Made by a program: the position numbers and the translations under genes
Shown: in pieces, positions 1-11,914 of the stretch
Layout of the letters: each line of letters begins with the position of its first letter
Numbering within the stretch: position 1 is the first letter of the stretch
DNA from: Amphiscolops sp. MND2022
Taxonomy: Eukaryota
Direction: 5' to 3'
Assembly (NCBI GenBank): GCA_964187785.1
Contig: OZ076420.1
Coordinates: 7,502,001-7,566,000 of the forward strand
DNA: 64,000 nt
Notes under the pieces: model-generated
The model's database searches: none
What the model was told of the DNA's origin: nothing
What the model saw: the letters and a program-made list of their open reading frames with translations, nothing else

Positions 1-511
1 TTAAATTTGGGGCGTTTTTAACAGATTTATCAACTCATGATGAGACGTGTAGACATTTAAGACAGTTGAAGTGTTAGAATAAAATTCTATTTTCTCCAAG
101 TTTTTAAACTATTTTGAGAATTTTTACCCGTTTCTAATTCCACGAATTGATCAGTGGCTGGAATTCCAGCACAAAACGCCCCAGTCTCAAACACAAACAT
201 CAGAAATGGTATGAGAAACTGAGTTAGGCCGAACCTTCTCAGAATTCCAACGACTCATCAATTATTATTATTGAAACCTTGGGTACGAATTCTCATCATA
301 GTTCATATTATTAGTCGGCGCCTTTTCCCTTAAGGTTACAGTGGGTAGTTTTTTTAATTTGTTAAATAATCGGATAAATAATCAAAGTTGAAATATCTGT
401 TCAACCAATTCTGTTTAAAAAATCTCATTGGGTAAATGATTAACCAATGGTTTCAAAAACTTAACATCATTACTGGTCTTTTATCCTCTGTCTCACTCTG
501 TTCTGTTTCGA

Positions 512-552
512 GCAGCAGTAGTAGTAGTAGTAGTGGTGGTGGTGGGGGTGGT
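512..552. repeat. (AGT)n/(GGT)n microsatellite in the 3'UTR
   Basis: agcagtagtagtagtagtagtggtggtggtggggg directly after the stop codon. Confidence 0.8.
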
Positions 553-557
553 AGAAG

Positions 558-759
558 CTAATCCCCGGACCTGCCCACGATTTGTAGAATGAAGAGGAAT
601 ATGTACATGATGTCGAGGTACAGCAGAATGGCGCCCAGAATGTGTTCCTCGGGACTGACCTCGTGCCTCTTCCCGCCCACTATCATCTGCGTGTCTATGG
701 CCAGGAACACTGTGAACAGCACTGCCCCGATGCACGCGTACACCAGCGACATGATCTTG
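558..759 (-). CDS. Lifeguard gene last coding exon
   Basis: KIMSLVYACIGAVLFTVFLAIDTQ...LYLDIMYIFLFILQIVGRSGD*; TTTAG acceptor; TAG stop at 560-558. Confidence 0.95.
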
Positions 760-3700
760 CTAAACAAACACAAACACCCTGCTCCACAAAAACACATCTT
801 GCAAGATAGTCTGGAAAAATGAGTCTTGTACCAAGAATCTTGTAACACACAGCAAGATTTCCACCACAGGTGACAAAAATACTGAAAATTTCCAACTTTC
901 TAGGGGCGTGGCCATATTGGGATATGATAGAACAAGATGGGAACGTCTCAAGTCGGTGATCCACTTAAAGCTCAAAAAGCGCAAAGTTACTAATATATGC
1001 TCAGGACTTTAAAACACATAAAAGAGTCAAAAAACCTAATGGTAAAGTGTTAGGTTCGCTTGTTTTTGAACCTCCGCTTCCTCTTTCTCCTTTTAAGTAA
1101 AACAACATGTAGTTCGGATATAACGTCAAAGATTCGGATGTGGTAGAAAAAAATATTGATTGATATATATTAGGGATGTACCGGAATGCGTTTTTGAGTT
1201 CCGGCCGGAACCGGAACTTTGATTGTGCTATCCTACATTTACGTAACATGTTTTTTGCTTTGTATCATCACCTCTGTCATCTGATTATTCAGAAAGGCTG
1301 TTCTCCGAATTCGGAAACATATATGAAGAAAAAAGAAGCAGACTTCTTCCAGAAACTGGCGAAAAACTTTTATTTCTTCACCATAATCTGAAATTGTTTT
1401 AGTCAATTGTATCAATTTATGAAACAATTTGGAAACAATGCTGTTTTTAAGAGAATTTTGTTCCGGCCGGAACCAATGATGATTGGTACCGAACTTTTTT
1501 GAAATCCGGCCGGAATTCCGGTACATCCCTAATATATATTGAGAATTGAGAAAACCTAATTTCATACGGAAACTGAGTTTTGGAACTGTCTCATAGTGCC
1601 AAAAACGTAAAAAGGGGACCCTTTGAGCTTCTCAATATTCAATTTGTTGCAAAATATCAAAAAAATGGAGGACACTTTGGAGACATCACAACATTTTCGT
1701 CGTAAAACATCAAGAAAATTGAAAGGGGGCTCACTCGGTATTGTGTTACGCGAAAAAAGGAAAAACCTCGGGTTGAGTTAGCTAGGCCAAATGGTTCAAT
1801 TTGACACCATAAAATTTCGTAAAACTTTCAAGAACTATTTTGGTCAGTTCGTATGGATTGAAAAAAGTTTCGATCGTCGCGGTCCACTCCATAAAGCGCA
1901 GACTAAAAAGAGCTATGATAGAAAAAGAGCAAAAACTTGTTGGTGGATTAAGGTTCGTTGTACCTACAATCACTCGGTGAAAATCTTTGATCAGCTCAGT
2001 TTACCATCTTTATTGGGTATTTGTATGGCAAAGGGTACAAAAAAAATCAAATATGATAACTCAAATCTTTTGAGACTTTGACTGTTGGGTGCAAGTTGTA
2101 TGAAACCTTTGACAAAATGTGCATGATGGCTGGACAATTGAAACAAATAACACAGAATACAGATTAAGACAAATGTTTTCGGCTCCGCACTGAGATATCA
2201 AATGAATTCTTTGCCAGCTTTTCAGAGGAATGTGAGCATAACTAGCGCCTTTTGCTCCATATTAACAAAAGAGATTCAAGAATATGATTAGCCTCCAATA
2301 ATATTATTCTGTGCTAAACCCCTCTGCATTCACTTGGTGAGCGCGAATTTTATTCTCGAAAATTGACGGCAATTTTCCGTTTCGTGAGTTCGATTTGCAT
2401 CAGACATTCGCAAAAAAAAACAATTTGACTTGCTTATCCCATTTACTTTCGTTATTTAAGATCTTAGTACTTTCTTTCGACGTTCCTGAACCATAAACCG
2501 CAATACAGTGTAAGTGATAGCGGAGATTACTCGGTGAGTGTCCCGAGCTTTTCCTAACGTACAACAAGTATAGTGAAAGAGTGAATAGGGAGGGGGTGGT
2601 TAGGTAGAGTGGGGGGTTGGGGTGGTGACATGGCCTGACCTGTAGAAGAATATGCAGAAGATGCCGAAGAAGAAGAGGCAGAAGGAGACGGCGACCGCGA
2701 CCCCGATCCACTTGGTGAAGTCGAACTTGGTCTGGCACGCGAACAGACTCACGCCCAGAGTGACGCCAGTGGTGATGCCCAGCCCCAGCAGAATGGCCTC
2801 CAGGTTGTAGTAGCTGGAGATGGTGCCCACCATGTATGAGAAGGCCAGTGTGAACAGCAGCAGCAGCACCACGTTCGCTGGGTACTTCCTACACCACCCA
2901 CACACAACACACCAATGCCAACATATACATATACAAGACGCTCGCCCGCCCGCTATGCACCCGGATATTTTCCGCCTTCAATTGAAAACGCCTCCTCTTC
3001 GGTAAAACGCATATTACTTCGGATATAACGTCGAAATTCGGATATAGCGCAATTTTTTCGAACATCCGCTTCCTCCGTAGAACAACACAATTAATTTCGG
3101 ATATAACGTCGAAAGTTTGGATATAGCGTGCTGGTACAAATGGGAACGCTTGTTTTCGAACCTCTGCCTCCTCCTTAGTAAAACGCAATATTCAATTTAA
3201 AATGGAATAAAAGTAGAGTTTTAGCAGAACTGGTAAAAAAAAAAACGCAACACAGATTATGATTTTCTTCCCCCAAATGAATTTGTGGTGGCGGAAAATA
3301 ATAAATACATTGATAGCATCTAGAGAGGACAGAGAAAGAGCTTATGCAGCTCATCGAGTTTCTGCCCTGAGAATCAAATATGCAGCAATTTAATATACTA
3401 TTTTCAAAATTGGTTCTAACGTGAATTATTTTTTAACCTGTGATAAAATAGGTAAAGAAAAAAGTTTAAGTAGCGAAATGAAGAAACAAGACCCGTTTCA
3501 ACAAACAATTCAATTGAAAAACACGTTTTTCGAGTCATGAATGTCTTTGGCAATGAGTTTACTCTCGAACATTCTAATCTAGTTCACTCAAAAAAGAAGC
3601 AGGTTGTTGATCCATTTTTTTAAACTTTATTAGAATGTTGTTTACAAATAAAAGTGATTCAGGCAGGTTTGAGCGAGCGGCCATTCACAATATGGTCTTT

Positions 3701-6442
3701 TTAAAATACACTGTTGTCAGCTCTTCAAATTTCACAACTCGTCAGAAGTTGCTGGATAGCTATAACAAGCAACTTGAGACAACCTGACCGAAACTAATTG
3801 CACAGGTTCCGACGTGCTTCTTTGCGAATGCGCACACAAAAATAGGAACAACTGAAACGCAGTGTTTACTTTGCAACGAGGAAGTGCTGGCGAAGTCATT
3901 TACTTCTAGTTTGTGAGAGCCTAAAGTCAGAGCGAGAAAAATATTCGGCGGAGGAGTTTCAGAAGTACCCGAATCTTTTTAAACTAAATAAGTTGTTGCA
4001 CCTCCAAATTATATAATTTATTCAAGTTTTGTAAAAAAAATTGCCAGAACTTCGTTGTAAAATGCAGACTTTGTAGTTTGTAAGCCCGAGCAGGGCAACG
4101 AATACGAAATTGAATACTCATTTATTCATGGCAATACCATCACCAGCTAGCTACCCACTCACCTACTATAAATGGAATGTTCGTGCGAATGCGTACAACA
4201 TACACTTAGTCAAAGGCACAACAAGCCGGGAACGGCCCAAGTCGGCGCCATATCTAAGGCTCAAAAATACCAAAAGGACTTCAAAATGTCAAAGTATTGG
4301 TGAATTGGGGACCCTTTTATGAAAAAAATTGGGAAGTCTCACAATGCGGAAAAAACTGAAAGAGGGACCATATGGGATTTTTCAACATCCATTCTGTCGG
4401 AAAATATCAAAAAATTGAAGGTGGGACCCTTCGGTGAATTTTTTTTTCGAAAAAAAGTCTCAGCCGAAAAAACTCTACGGGAGTATCCTTTGGCCCCGTT
4501 GAGTTTCTTAGATGACGTAAAAATACTTCGTAAGCGAAGTAAGAATTGTAAGAAATTGTAAGAATTGTAAGAAAAGTGAACCATTCAGAGTGAGATTGTC
4601 AGCTGAAACAAACTACCCACTGTAATAGTCGGGCTTTTTTCCTTAAGGGAAAAGGGGCCGACTAAAAAGGAGTTTCGTGGCACATACCGTATTTTTCCGC
4701 CTATAAGCCTCATTGAATCGATTAAAATACCCTTAAAAGCCGCCCCGGCTTTTAGGAATATTTTAATCGATTCAATGAGGCTTATAGCCGAGGAAGGCTT
4801 ATAGGCGGAAAAATACGGTATACTGTATGTTAGCAAAAAGTATCACGGTTGGCAAAAAGTACCATAGAGTTGACTGAACATGAAAATATGCAACAAAACC
4901 TACATAGAACGCAGAAAAAACCTCCTTACTGGAAAAAGCTCATTTTGGCTGCATTGATGCATTCGATTCGGCACCAATTTGTACGATTTTAGGACGTATT
5001 CGTTCAGTATATTGTCACAAACCTCGCAGACTGCCCTCTCCAAGTCCATCTGTTTCAAATTTCTAGTCAGCAACGGTGTTTCAACGTTTTCTATAGGCCT
5101 CAGGTCATAATTACTGGACAGGCCAGGGGTGTAGAACAATTTCACGGCTGAGGTTTCAGCCGTTTTGTCAACCTCGAACTGAACTATTTCTTGCGGACGC
5201 CAAAACAGCCCAGATGAGTCTCAAACGTTGGCCTGGCACGGTAAAATAGGGTCGTCAATCGCTGACGAGCGCTCTAGTCTTAGAAATATGCTTTCTGGAT
5301 AATGTCAGCAGATGTTGATGAAACGTCGGTATGAACTTTTTATGCAGCCAGACTTTTCTTATGAGGTTGCCGTGCTTCCAGAAAGACAATCATTTTCAAA
5401 TTTGAACTTTTAGTGCAAGTTCTGCGTGTTTTCCTAGGTTAGTTCCTTAAGTTTGTTGGATACACTTTTGGGCCTTAAAAGTATTTCCCGCTAAACAAAC
5501 AAACAAGCGTAAATTGAATGTAATAAGATGCATTAGTGTGTTGTTGCATCCTTCCCTTCTTGGGGCTTCGCAGCAGATAAGGATGAAGTAAGTGACGAGG
5601 AAGAAGGCGTATCCGACGTAGTAAAGCATGAAATTCTTCTGAATGAAGTTCTTTACACTGTCGTTCAACACAAACACAGCCACGATGGCGAATGTGATGG
5701 CCAGCTGGACGGAGAGAGTGAAGTACACCTTGCGGATGAAGCCAGCCCTCACACTCACGTCGCTGAAGGAGGCAGAGGCGAAACCCACTGCACCGTCAGA
5801 CCCACCGCCACCTCCCTCCAAGTCATCGTCGATCACGACTCTGCTGCTGTTCTTGAACGGGGGGTCATACCCAGGAGCAGGGGGCGGAGCAGGCGCATTC
5901 TGAAACGAGCTAATTATTCGTTCGAGATAGATGAGGCCCCCTAGATAGAAAACAATTGGAGCAAAACAAACGCCGTCTGTGACAACCAACACGTTGACCA
6001 AGAGCCTTTTTGGTTTCAACCAATTTTCGACAATTTTGGCGGCAAAATCGCCCCCTCCCCCCCCCCCCATAAGATGAACTCATGACGATTGCTGAAATCG
6101 AACAGCTTTCTACCATTAACCCTCATTTTCGTATTCAGACTATCTAAATCACCAATTAGAAATGCTAAGAAGATCAAACATCGAGCATGTCAGAATTTTT
6201 GACCATTGTTGAAATGGAATGAGTAGAACTAAGAATTTACTACAACTAAACACTAATAGTTGAAAAAGCTTACTGACCGAAGAAGTTGGATAAGTATTAG
6301 TTCCATAATTAGATCCAACCGGAGGAGGCACTTGCCACCCAGGAAAAGACCCATAAGCAGCATATGGTTCCATGTTTTTAGGATCGTCTCCATAACCTCG
6401 AGGCGGCGGTGCCACTGAGCAGTAAGGCGGAGGTGCTGACAT
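558..6442 (-). CDS. Lifeguard/TMBIM (FAIM2/GRINA-like, Bax inhibitor-1 family) membrane protein; coding exons 6442-6278, 5899-5556, 2888-2640, 759-558; 319 aa
   Basis: The exons sum to 960 nt (320 codons including the stop) with matching phases 0/2/2. Pro-rich N-terminus (MSAPPPY...), family motifs VRAGFIRKVYFTLSVQL, KYPANVVLLLLFT, QTKFDFT, IDTQMIVGG and SPEEHILGAILLYLDI, and multiple hydrophobic helices. An upstream TTTTCAG acceptor near 6490 implies a 5'UTR exon further up. Confidence 0.93.
1171..1531. mobile_element. hAT-type MITE, 361 bp
   Basis: Perfect 17-bp TIR TAGGGATGTACCGGAAT / ATTCCGGTACATCCCTA; 8-bp TSD ATATATAT (1163-1170, 1532-1539); subterminal CCGGCCGGAA repeats. Confidence 0.85.
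1585..1830. repeat. Interspersed AT-rich repeat (GGGACCCTTT / AAAATATCAAAAAA motifs), related to 4240-4580
   Basis: Shares gtctca..tgc..aaaaa...gggaccc..t and aaaatatcaaaaaa..gaag motifs with the second copy. Confidence 0.5.
2640..2888 (-). CDS. Lifeguard gene exon (middle TM helices)
   Basis: KYPANVVLLLLFTLAFSYMVG...QTKFDFTKW...FFY; TAG acceptor, GTCAGG donor. Confidence 0.93.
2975..3190. repeat. Short ~78-bp tandem unit containing TTCGGATATAACGTC; a related copy lies at 1060-1145
   Basis: ttcggatataacgtc at 3018, 3096 and 1113, each preceded by a similar gaacctccgcttcctc...gtaaaac motif. Confidence 0.6.
4240..4580. repeat. Interspersed AT-rich repeat, same family as 1585-1830
   Basis: Repeated gggaccc and gtctcac..tgc.gaaaaaa motifs. 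Confidence 0.5.
4687..4818. mobile_element. Tc2/pogo-type (Tc1/mariner superfamily) palindromic MITE, 132 bp
   Basis: TIR CCGTATTTTTCCGCCTATAAGCC and its reverse complement; TA TSD at 4685-86 and 4819-20; the interior is also largely palindromic. Confidence 0.85.
4880..5400 (-). pseudogene. Degenerate Tc1/mariner transposase C-terminal fragment
   Basis: Across a frameshift reads IVLHPWP..NYDLRPIENV, resembling the WPxxSPDLNPIENxW motif, followed by LERAVCEVCDNI...LVPNRMHQC. Confidence 0.55.
5556..5899 (-). CDS. Lifeguard gene exon (N-terminus end plus first TM helices)
   Basis: NAPAPPP...VRAGFIRKVY...LICCEAPRR; TTTCAG acceptor; the expected donor position reads GGAAGG. Confidence 0.9.
6278..6442 (-). 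CDS. Lifeguard gene, probable first coding exon (Pro/Tyr/Gly-rich N-terminus)
   Basis: ATG at 6442; GTCAGT donor at 6277 gives phase 0, matching the TTTCAG acceptor at 5900. The next exon has no Met of its own. Confidence 0.65.
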
Positions 6443-6699
6443 TCCAACAAGTAGAAATTTGATTGGATGGCAAGTGGCTCAGAGGTGCTCTGAAAAGAAA
6501 CAAAATTTAATATTCTAGCAAGTAAACGAAGCATACCTGTGGCAGTACCTGCTATACAATTTAGTTTCATCTGTTTTTTATGTGTCTTAATTTTCAGTAA
6601 TCATGATTTTATTCTTCTGATGTTGAACAAATTGTTGAAAAAGCTTCAATCAGGGATGGGCAATCAATAATTGATGAACCAATTAATTTTTTTCCACTA

Positions 6700-7301
6700 T
6701 CAGATATCATGGATCTTCGTCATCAATCAAGTGCCATGTGTATCATCATGTTGAGGGGAGAAGACACACCCGTGGTCTGCAACGAAAGTAGGGAACCCCA
6801 TACCAGCCACTATCACAGTAGACCAGCAACAAAGAAAAACAACCAACAAGCCAAGCTACTCATACCAGCCACTATCCCAGTAGACCGGTAGAAATTTTTT
6901 AAAAGCTGCAACGCTATAGAGGTTAAAACAAACTAAGCTATATGTAATAGAATAGATGTTTCACAATCTAAGGCCGAAGCCGTTGGTGATTGGCTCATTG
7001 CTGTTTGGGTTCCCCTTCCATCGTCATTTCGAATTTCAAATTTCTCCAGGTGTTGTCCAATTTCGCTTTAAAAACGTCAAGGGTTCCTGCCGACGTGACA
7101 TCATCTGGCAGGCTATTCCAGTCATTGACTGCTCTTACAGTGAAAGAATTTCCTCTTGTTGATGTTCTCGATAGCTGCACAAGTTTTCTTTGATTTCCTC
7201 TTGTGATTCTGTCATTTTCCATCAGCATCCCTCCAGTGACTCTCTTGTCATACACTCCATTGAGAATCTTGTAAACTTCAATCATCCCACCCCGTTTCCT
7301 C
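6700..7301 (-). mobile_element. CR1/L2-clade LINE, 3' end (ORF2 C-terminus plus 3'UTR); continues at 12689-12835
   Basis: DFRRKRGGMIEVYKILNG...TRGN...RAVNDWNSLP...FKAKLD is the typical CR1 ORF2 C-terminus; it joins in frame to the 12689 fragment once the insert is removed. Confidence 0.88.
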
Positions 7302-7571
7302 CTGAAGTCGGTTACCAGTCACTTGGCTTAATACCTGTCACGTTCCGAGAGGGAAAACTATATGTAAAATATATTTATTCCCAAGCAATACATAAAAGCG
7401 ACTTGATCATATACAACACTGAAATCAATCACAAATCAAAGCAATCACACTACATTCCAACATAAGGGCCAATACACAACATTCCTCCCATTCAAAGTCA
7501 GATGTCATCCGCTCGGGAGTATTTTCTTTTCGTCATAATTCATCGGTCCGTTTAATTATTCGAACTAAATG

Positions 7572-10444
7572 TCATGCGCCACCATTCATAAATCTAGTTT
7601 TTTTTGGCTTGCGAACAGTTCGTCCATATCTCGTTCTTGTGCTCGTTTCGTTTGTGTTTTTTGTAGGATTTTGAATGTTTTCTATTGCTTTATTTCTTGG
7701 AGATGGATTTGACTCATTCCTTGACTCGTTTCTTGGAGCACTTTCAGATACTATACTTCGTTTTCCAATACTTTGGGGTGTGGTGATTTTTTCGGACAAT
7801 GATGATGAATCTTCCGCTGACGGAGCCGGGGCAATATGACGAGTATTGACAAATTCTGTTGACTTTCCTTTCTCGTTTTTAATTTCAACTTCTGCCAACT
7901 GAGGTGATAATATTTCTTTCACTACTCCCTTCCCTTTAACAAGAGGATCGGATTTCTTGGCTCGGACAAAGTTTCTGATAAACACGTTGGAGTCTCGCTT
8001 CAACCCAGACGTTGCATCGCATCTAACTGATCTCAGCTGTTCCAGATCAGGTTCATTCGCAAATATGGGTGGCTGTAAATAGGTTGAATTTTTCTGGTCG
8101 AAAGGACAGAGGTCGAACCTTTTGATCGAATTGCAGAGATCGAATGGAATGCGGTCGAATTTTATCGTATTTGTTGTAGGGCTCGGTCGCTTCGCTCCCT
8201 TCGCCAAGTAGCAACATTGAGGCATGGCCATAATGGCACGTCGCTCCGCTTCGCTTCGCTCCTGCATTTAGGGCACTAGGGGTATGTGAACATATCTGAC
8301 TACGTTATAAAAGTTTCGATCCCATTCAAAAATCAGAGTATGTCGACCTGAGGACTAACTCTGATTTTCGATCCCGTTACTTCGACCTATTTCCGCCCAC
8401 CCCGCAAATATTCGTCTATTAAACTTGAAAAATAAGTCAAGTGGAGATTTTCCAGTACTTTCACAGATAGTTGACCGAATAATGAAAAGTGCTTCACTGA
8501 TTGTCTGTTCCCATTCTTCCGGCTTCATCTCATTTTCGCGCAAAATTCTAGTAATAATACGTTGTAATTCGCCGTTATAGCGTTCGTTTTGCCCATTTCC
8601 ACGCGGATTATATTTAGATGAGTGAGTAAACGGAACGGAACACGAGTCTAAAAATGCTTTAACCTCTTCGCTCATAAACTGAGTGCCGCGATCAGCGTGG
8701 AGACTCTCCGGTAGACCATATCTGGAGAAAATTTCGTTCGCTAATACGTCAATAATTGATTCGGAAGTGGCTGATTCTAACACAAACGCTTCAAGATATC
8801 GGCTGTATTCGTCTATAGCTGTAAGTATCCACTTCGGCTTTCCAGAAGAGGTCATTTTTGGGCCAATAAAATCAAGTGAGATTCTTTGCAACGGTTTGGT
8901 ACTTGTGATGAGATTGGCATCTTCATGCTTAACAAATCGTGGTCGGGTCTCACAACAGATTCCGCAGTTAGTAACATGTTTTTCAACATCAGCTCGTGAA
9001 TTAATCCAAAAGAATCCTTCTCTAACCAATGAAATCGTTGAATTGATTCCAAGATGGCCAAATTTATTGTGTGCCCTTTGCAAAACATCGGCTTTATAGG
9101 AATTTGGACAAACAATTCTTGGTGAAGATCCAGCTTCAATCAGGCATAAAACGTTTTGAATTACTTTCATGCGCTTACGATTGGACCATAGACTAAGTGA
9201 AACAACTGATGGGCGTACTTCTGCTGCCAAATTCTTTTTCAATGCTGAAACTTCTGCATTTTCGTCCTGTGCCAACTGAAAATTTTCAATGGAGAACAAG
9301 GATTTGATGGATTTAACAGCCAATGCTCGCGAATAAGCATCTGCTATCACATTTTCCTTGCCTGGCTTGTAAGAAATCGAAAAATTATACTCGGACAATT
9401 CATTTCTCCAACGGATCAATTTGTTATTTTTGCATGTCGACTTCGGCGAGCTCGAAAACAAATATGATAACGCTTTCTGATCTGTGTGTAGATTGAAATG
9501 TCGGCCAAGTAAGAAATATCTGAACTTTTCCACACAAAACACAATAGCTAATGCTTCTAATTCGACGGTAGCCCATGCCTTCTCAGCTGCAGACAAACGT
9601 CGACTGGCTACTGATACTGGACGTCCATCTTGCATCAAAATACCTGCTATTGCATTTCCACTTGCGTCAGTTTCAAGTGTCATCTCACGACTAAAATCGG
9701 GTACTGCGAGAAATGATTCGGATATCATCTTTTTGATTTCATCGAAGCAATTGGATGCTTGTGTGCCCCAAGAAAACACGCCAGAGTTTTTGATTTCCTG
9801 AAGAGTAGATGCCTGCTCTGCAAAATTGTATACAAACTTTGAATAATATGTTGCCATGCCAAGGAAACGCTCCAATTCTTTCATCGTCTTGGGTTCCTGG
9901 TAGTGTTTGAGTGGTAACAGTCGTTCCGGGTCGGGTCGTAGTGTATTGTTCTCGATCTGATATCCAAGCCATGTCAACTTGGTTGTGTCAAACGTGCATT
10001 TCTTTCGGTTTAGAGACACATTAAGTTCTCTACATCTCTGAAAGAAGCTTCGTAGATTTACGTTATGCTCCTTTGCCGTTTTACCGCAAATGACGATGTC
10101 ATCTAAGTAAATAAATACGCCAGGTAGATCACCAAACACTCTAACCATGATCCGCTGGAATTTTGGGACTGCGTTCGTCACTCCAAAACATAATCGTTTG
10201 TATTGATAAAGTTTGCCGTTTGCTTCAAACGCCGTTTTCTCCATATCTTCAGGGACAAGTGGGACTTGATGATATGCTTGTGTAATATCAATAACTGAGA
10301 ATTGGTTGTAACTAGAAACTTTCTGTACCAGGTCTGAAATAAGAGGGACCGGAAATGCATCCATCCTACTGAATTTATTGACTGTGCAGCTAAAATCAAT
10401 CGCCATTCGTTTCCCTCCACCTCTCTTAGATACGATAATGGTTG
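7572..10444 (-). pseudogene. Gypsy pol (RT-RNaseH-integrase), frameshifted from gag-pro and interrupted by a MITE in the integrase tail
   Basis: YLDD (RT), ETDASG/ELEALA/TDQKAL (RNase H), HHCC zinc site, DFIGP..IDEYS..ADRGTQF..GQNERYN (integrase); the C-terminus resumes after the MITE (NEPDLEQ...RNFVRAKKSDPLV). Confidence 0.93.
8067..8402. mobile_element. Mutator-like MITE (336 bp) inserted in the Gypsy integrase
   Basis: 9-bp TSD CGCAAATAT (8058-66, 8403-11); imperfect TIR GGGTGGCTGTAAATAGGTTGAA / GGGTGGGCGGAAATAGGTCGAA. Confidence 0.88.
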
Positions 10445-11914
10445 GGATCTCCAGGCGGATGTCGATTCGCGAATGATGCCATTTTCAAGTAAAGTTTTCA
10501 CTGTATCATTGATCACTTTACCGTCTGCTTCATTGTAGCGTCGTGTAGGGCATCGAATTGGAATAGCATCTTGAGTTAGATCAATAATCGGCTCGGGGTC
10601 AATTTTGAGACAGCTGTTTCTAAGTGGCTTGTCAAAGCAATCGATATGATCTCGAATTATTGTCTCGACTCGCGGTAAGCTGCTGTCGGTTGCAAGAACA
10701 AGTTCAGGGCCGGTTCCATTTGTGTCCATCGTAACTTTTGAGAAGTTAGATAATGAATCTCTTCCCATTATTGCATCAAAACTTAAATTTGAAATAACTC
10801 GTAGTTCAGCCGTAAATGAAAATCCATTCACCTTGATAGGACATTTAATCCGTGCTACTTCGTTCAACTGTGAGCCAGTTGCTGAATGTAATTCGTCTGC
10901 ACTTGACTTTTGGAAGTGTTTTCTTTTCGAATGTGTGTACTCTCTTGTAGGCAAGCCCAGCTGTTGAGCGCACTTCACCGAGACAAGCGTACATGGCGAA
11001 CCAGGATCAATGAACCAAACTAGTCTTTTGCCGTTCGTAGTCGAGTCCACTGTCTTCGCTGGCACTTTACTTCCAACACATGCAGCCAAGTAGTCTAAAG
11101 TAGTATTGTTGCCATCCATAGCAGCGACTATATTTTTACCAATTGCCCGGATACTGTTTCCACTTGTGTTTTTGCAAACAGCACCGAAATGGTTTTTCTT
11201 CGAGCATTTATTGCAGGTCTTTCCCCAAGCAGGACATTCCTCTTTACACGAATGCTTCTTATTTTTTCCGCAATACCTGCACACAAACGAAGATGAACCC
11301 TGTGGGGTGTTGTTTCTTCCATTTCCGTGTCGCTTGCCGGACTTAATACCAAATGACCCCGAGTCAGCTGTTGAACTTCCAGACATAACTCCTTGCTCTG
11401 AAATCGACCATTCCATTTGCTTAGCTTTCTGAATAAGCTCTTCAAGTGTCTTTGTATCAGCAATCAATAACAATTCTTGACAAATTTTAGCTTCGCGCAC
11501 ACCAGAAATCAACTGCTGTTTAACTTCCTCGTCGAGTGTTGCTCCAAAACTGCATTCATTTGCCATCGACTTCAAATTTGATACAAACTGCTGGATACTC
11601 TGTCCCGGTTCCTGTCGTAATTTACGAAAGTTGTGGACAGAAAAAGTTTTAGAGTAGCGATCTCCAAAATACTTATCCAAAGCTATAAGAGCCTTGTCGT
11701 AAGTTTCATTTTCAGGAAGTGTTTCAAAAATTTCGTAAACTCTTGGATGTAGATTTGCCAATAGCACCGCACGTTTCTCACCATCATCCAATGTCGCATA
11801 ATTTGAGGCAGTCATATAATTTGTAAATATGGACTTCCACAGCTTGAATTCAATTGTCTTATCTTCATTGTCAAATGGAGGAGGTGGCTTGACGTGATGT
11901 CGTAGTGTTGCCAT
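10445..11914 (-). CDS. Gypsy gag-protease (start of the gag-pol polyprotein)
   Basis: ATG at 11914; two Cys/His knuckles (CRYCGKNKKHSCKEECPAWGKTCNKCSKKNHFGAVC); protease motif FIDPGS; frameshift near 10445 at WRSQP. Confidence 0.9.

Noticed and set aside
5900-6070. N-terminal extension MGGGGGGDFAAK... of the 207-aa ORF
   Set aside because: It lies upstream of the TTTCAG acceptor at 5900 and is AT-rich intronic repeat sequence with a homopolymer G run.
7572-8267. 231-aa ORF as an independent gene
   Set aside because: It is MITE sequence read in frame into the Gypsy integrase C-terminus; the 9-bp TSD explains the junction.
8683-9801. Plus-strand ORFs of 138 and 105 aa
   Set aside because: Antisense shadows of the Gypsy pol frame with no recognisable motifs.
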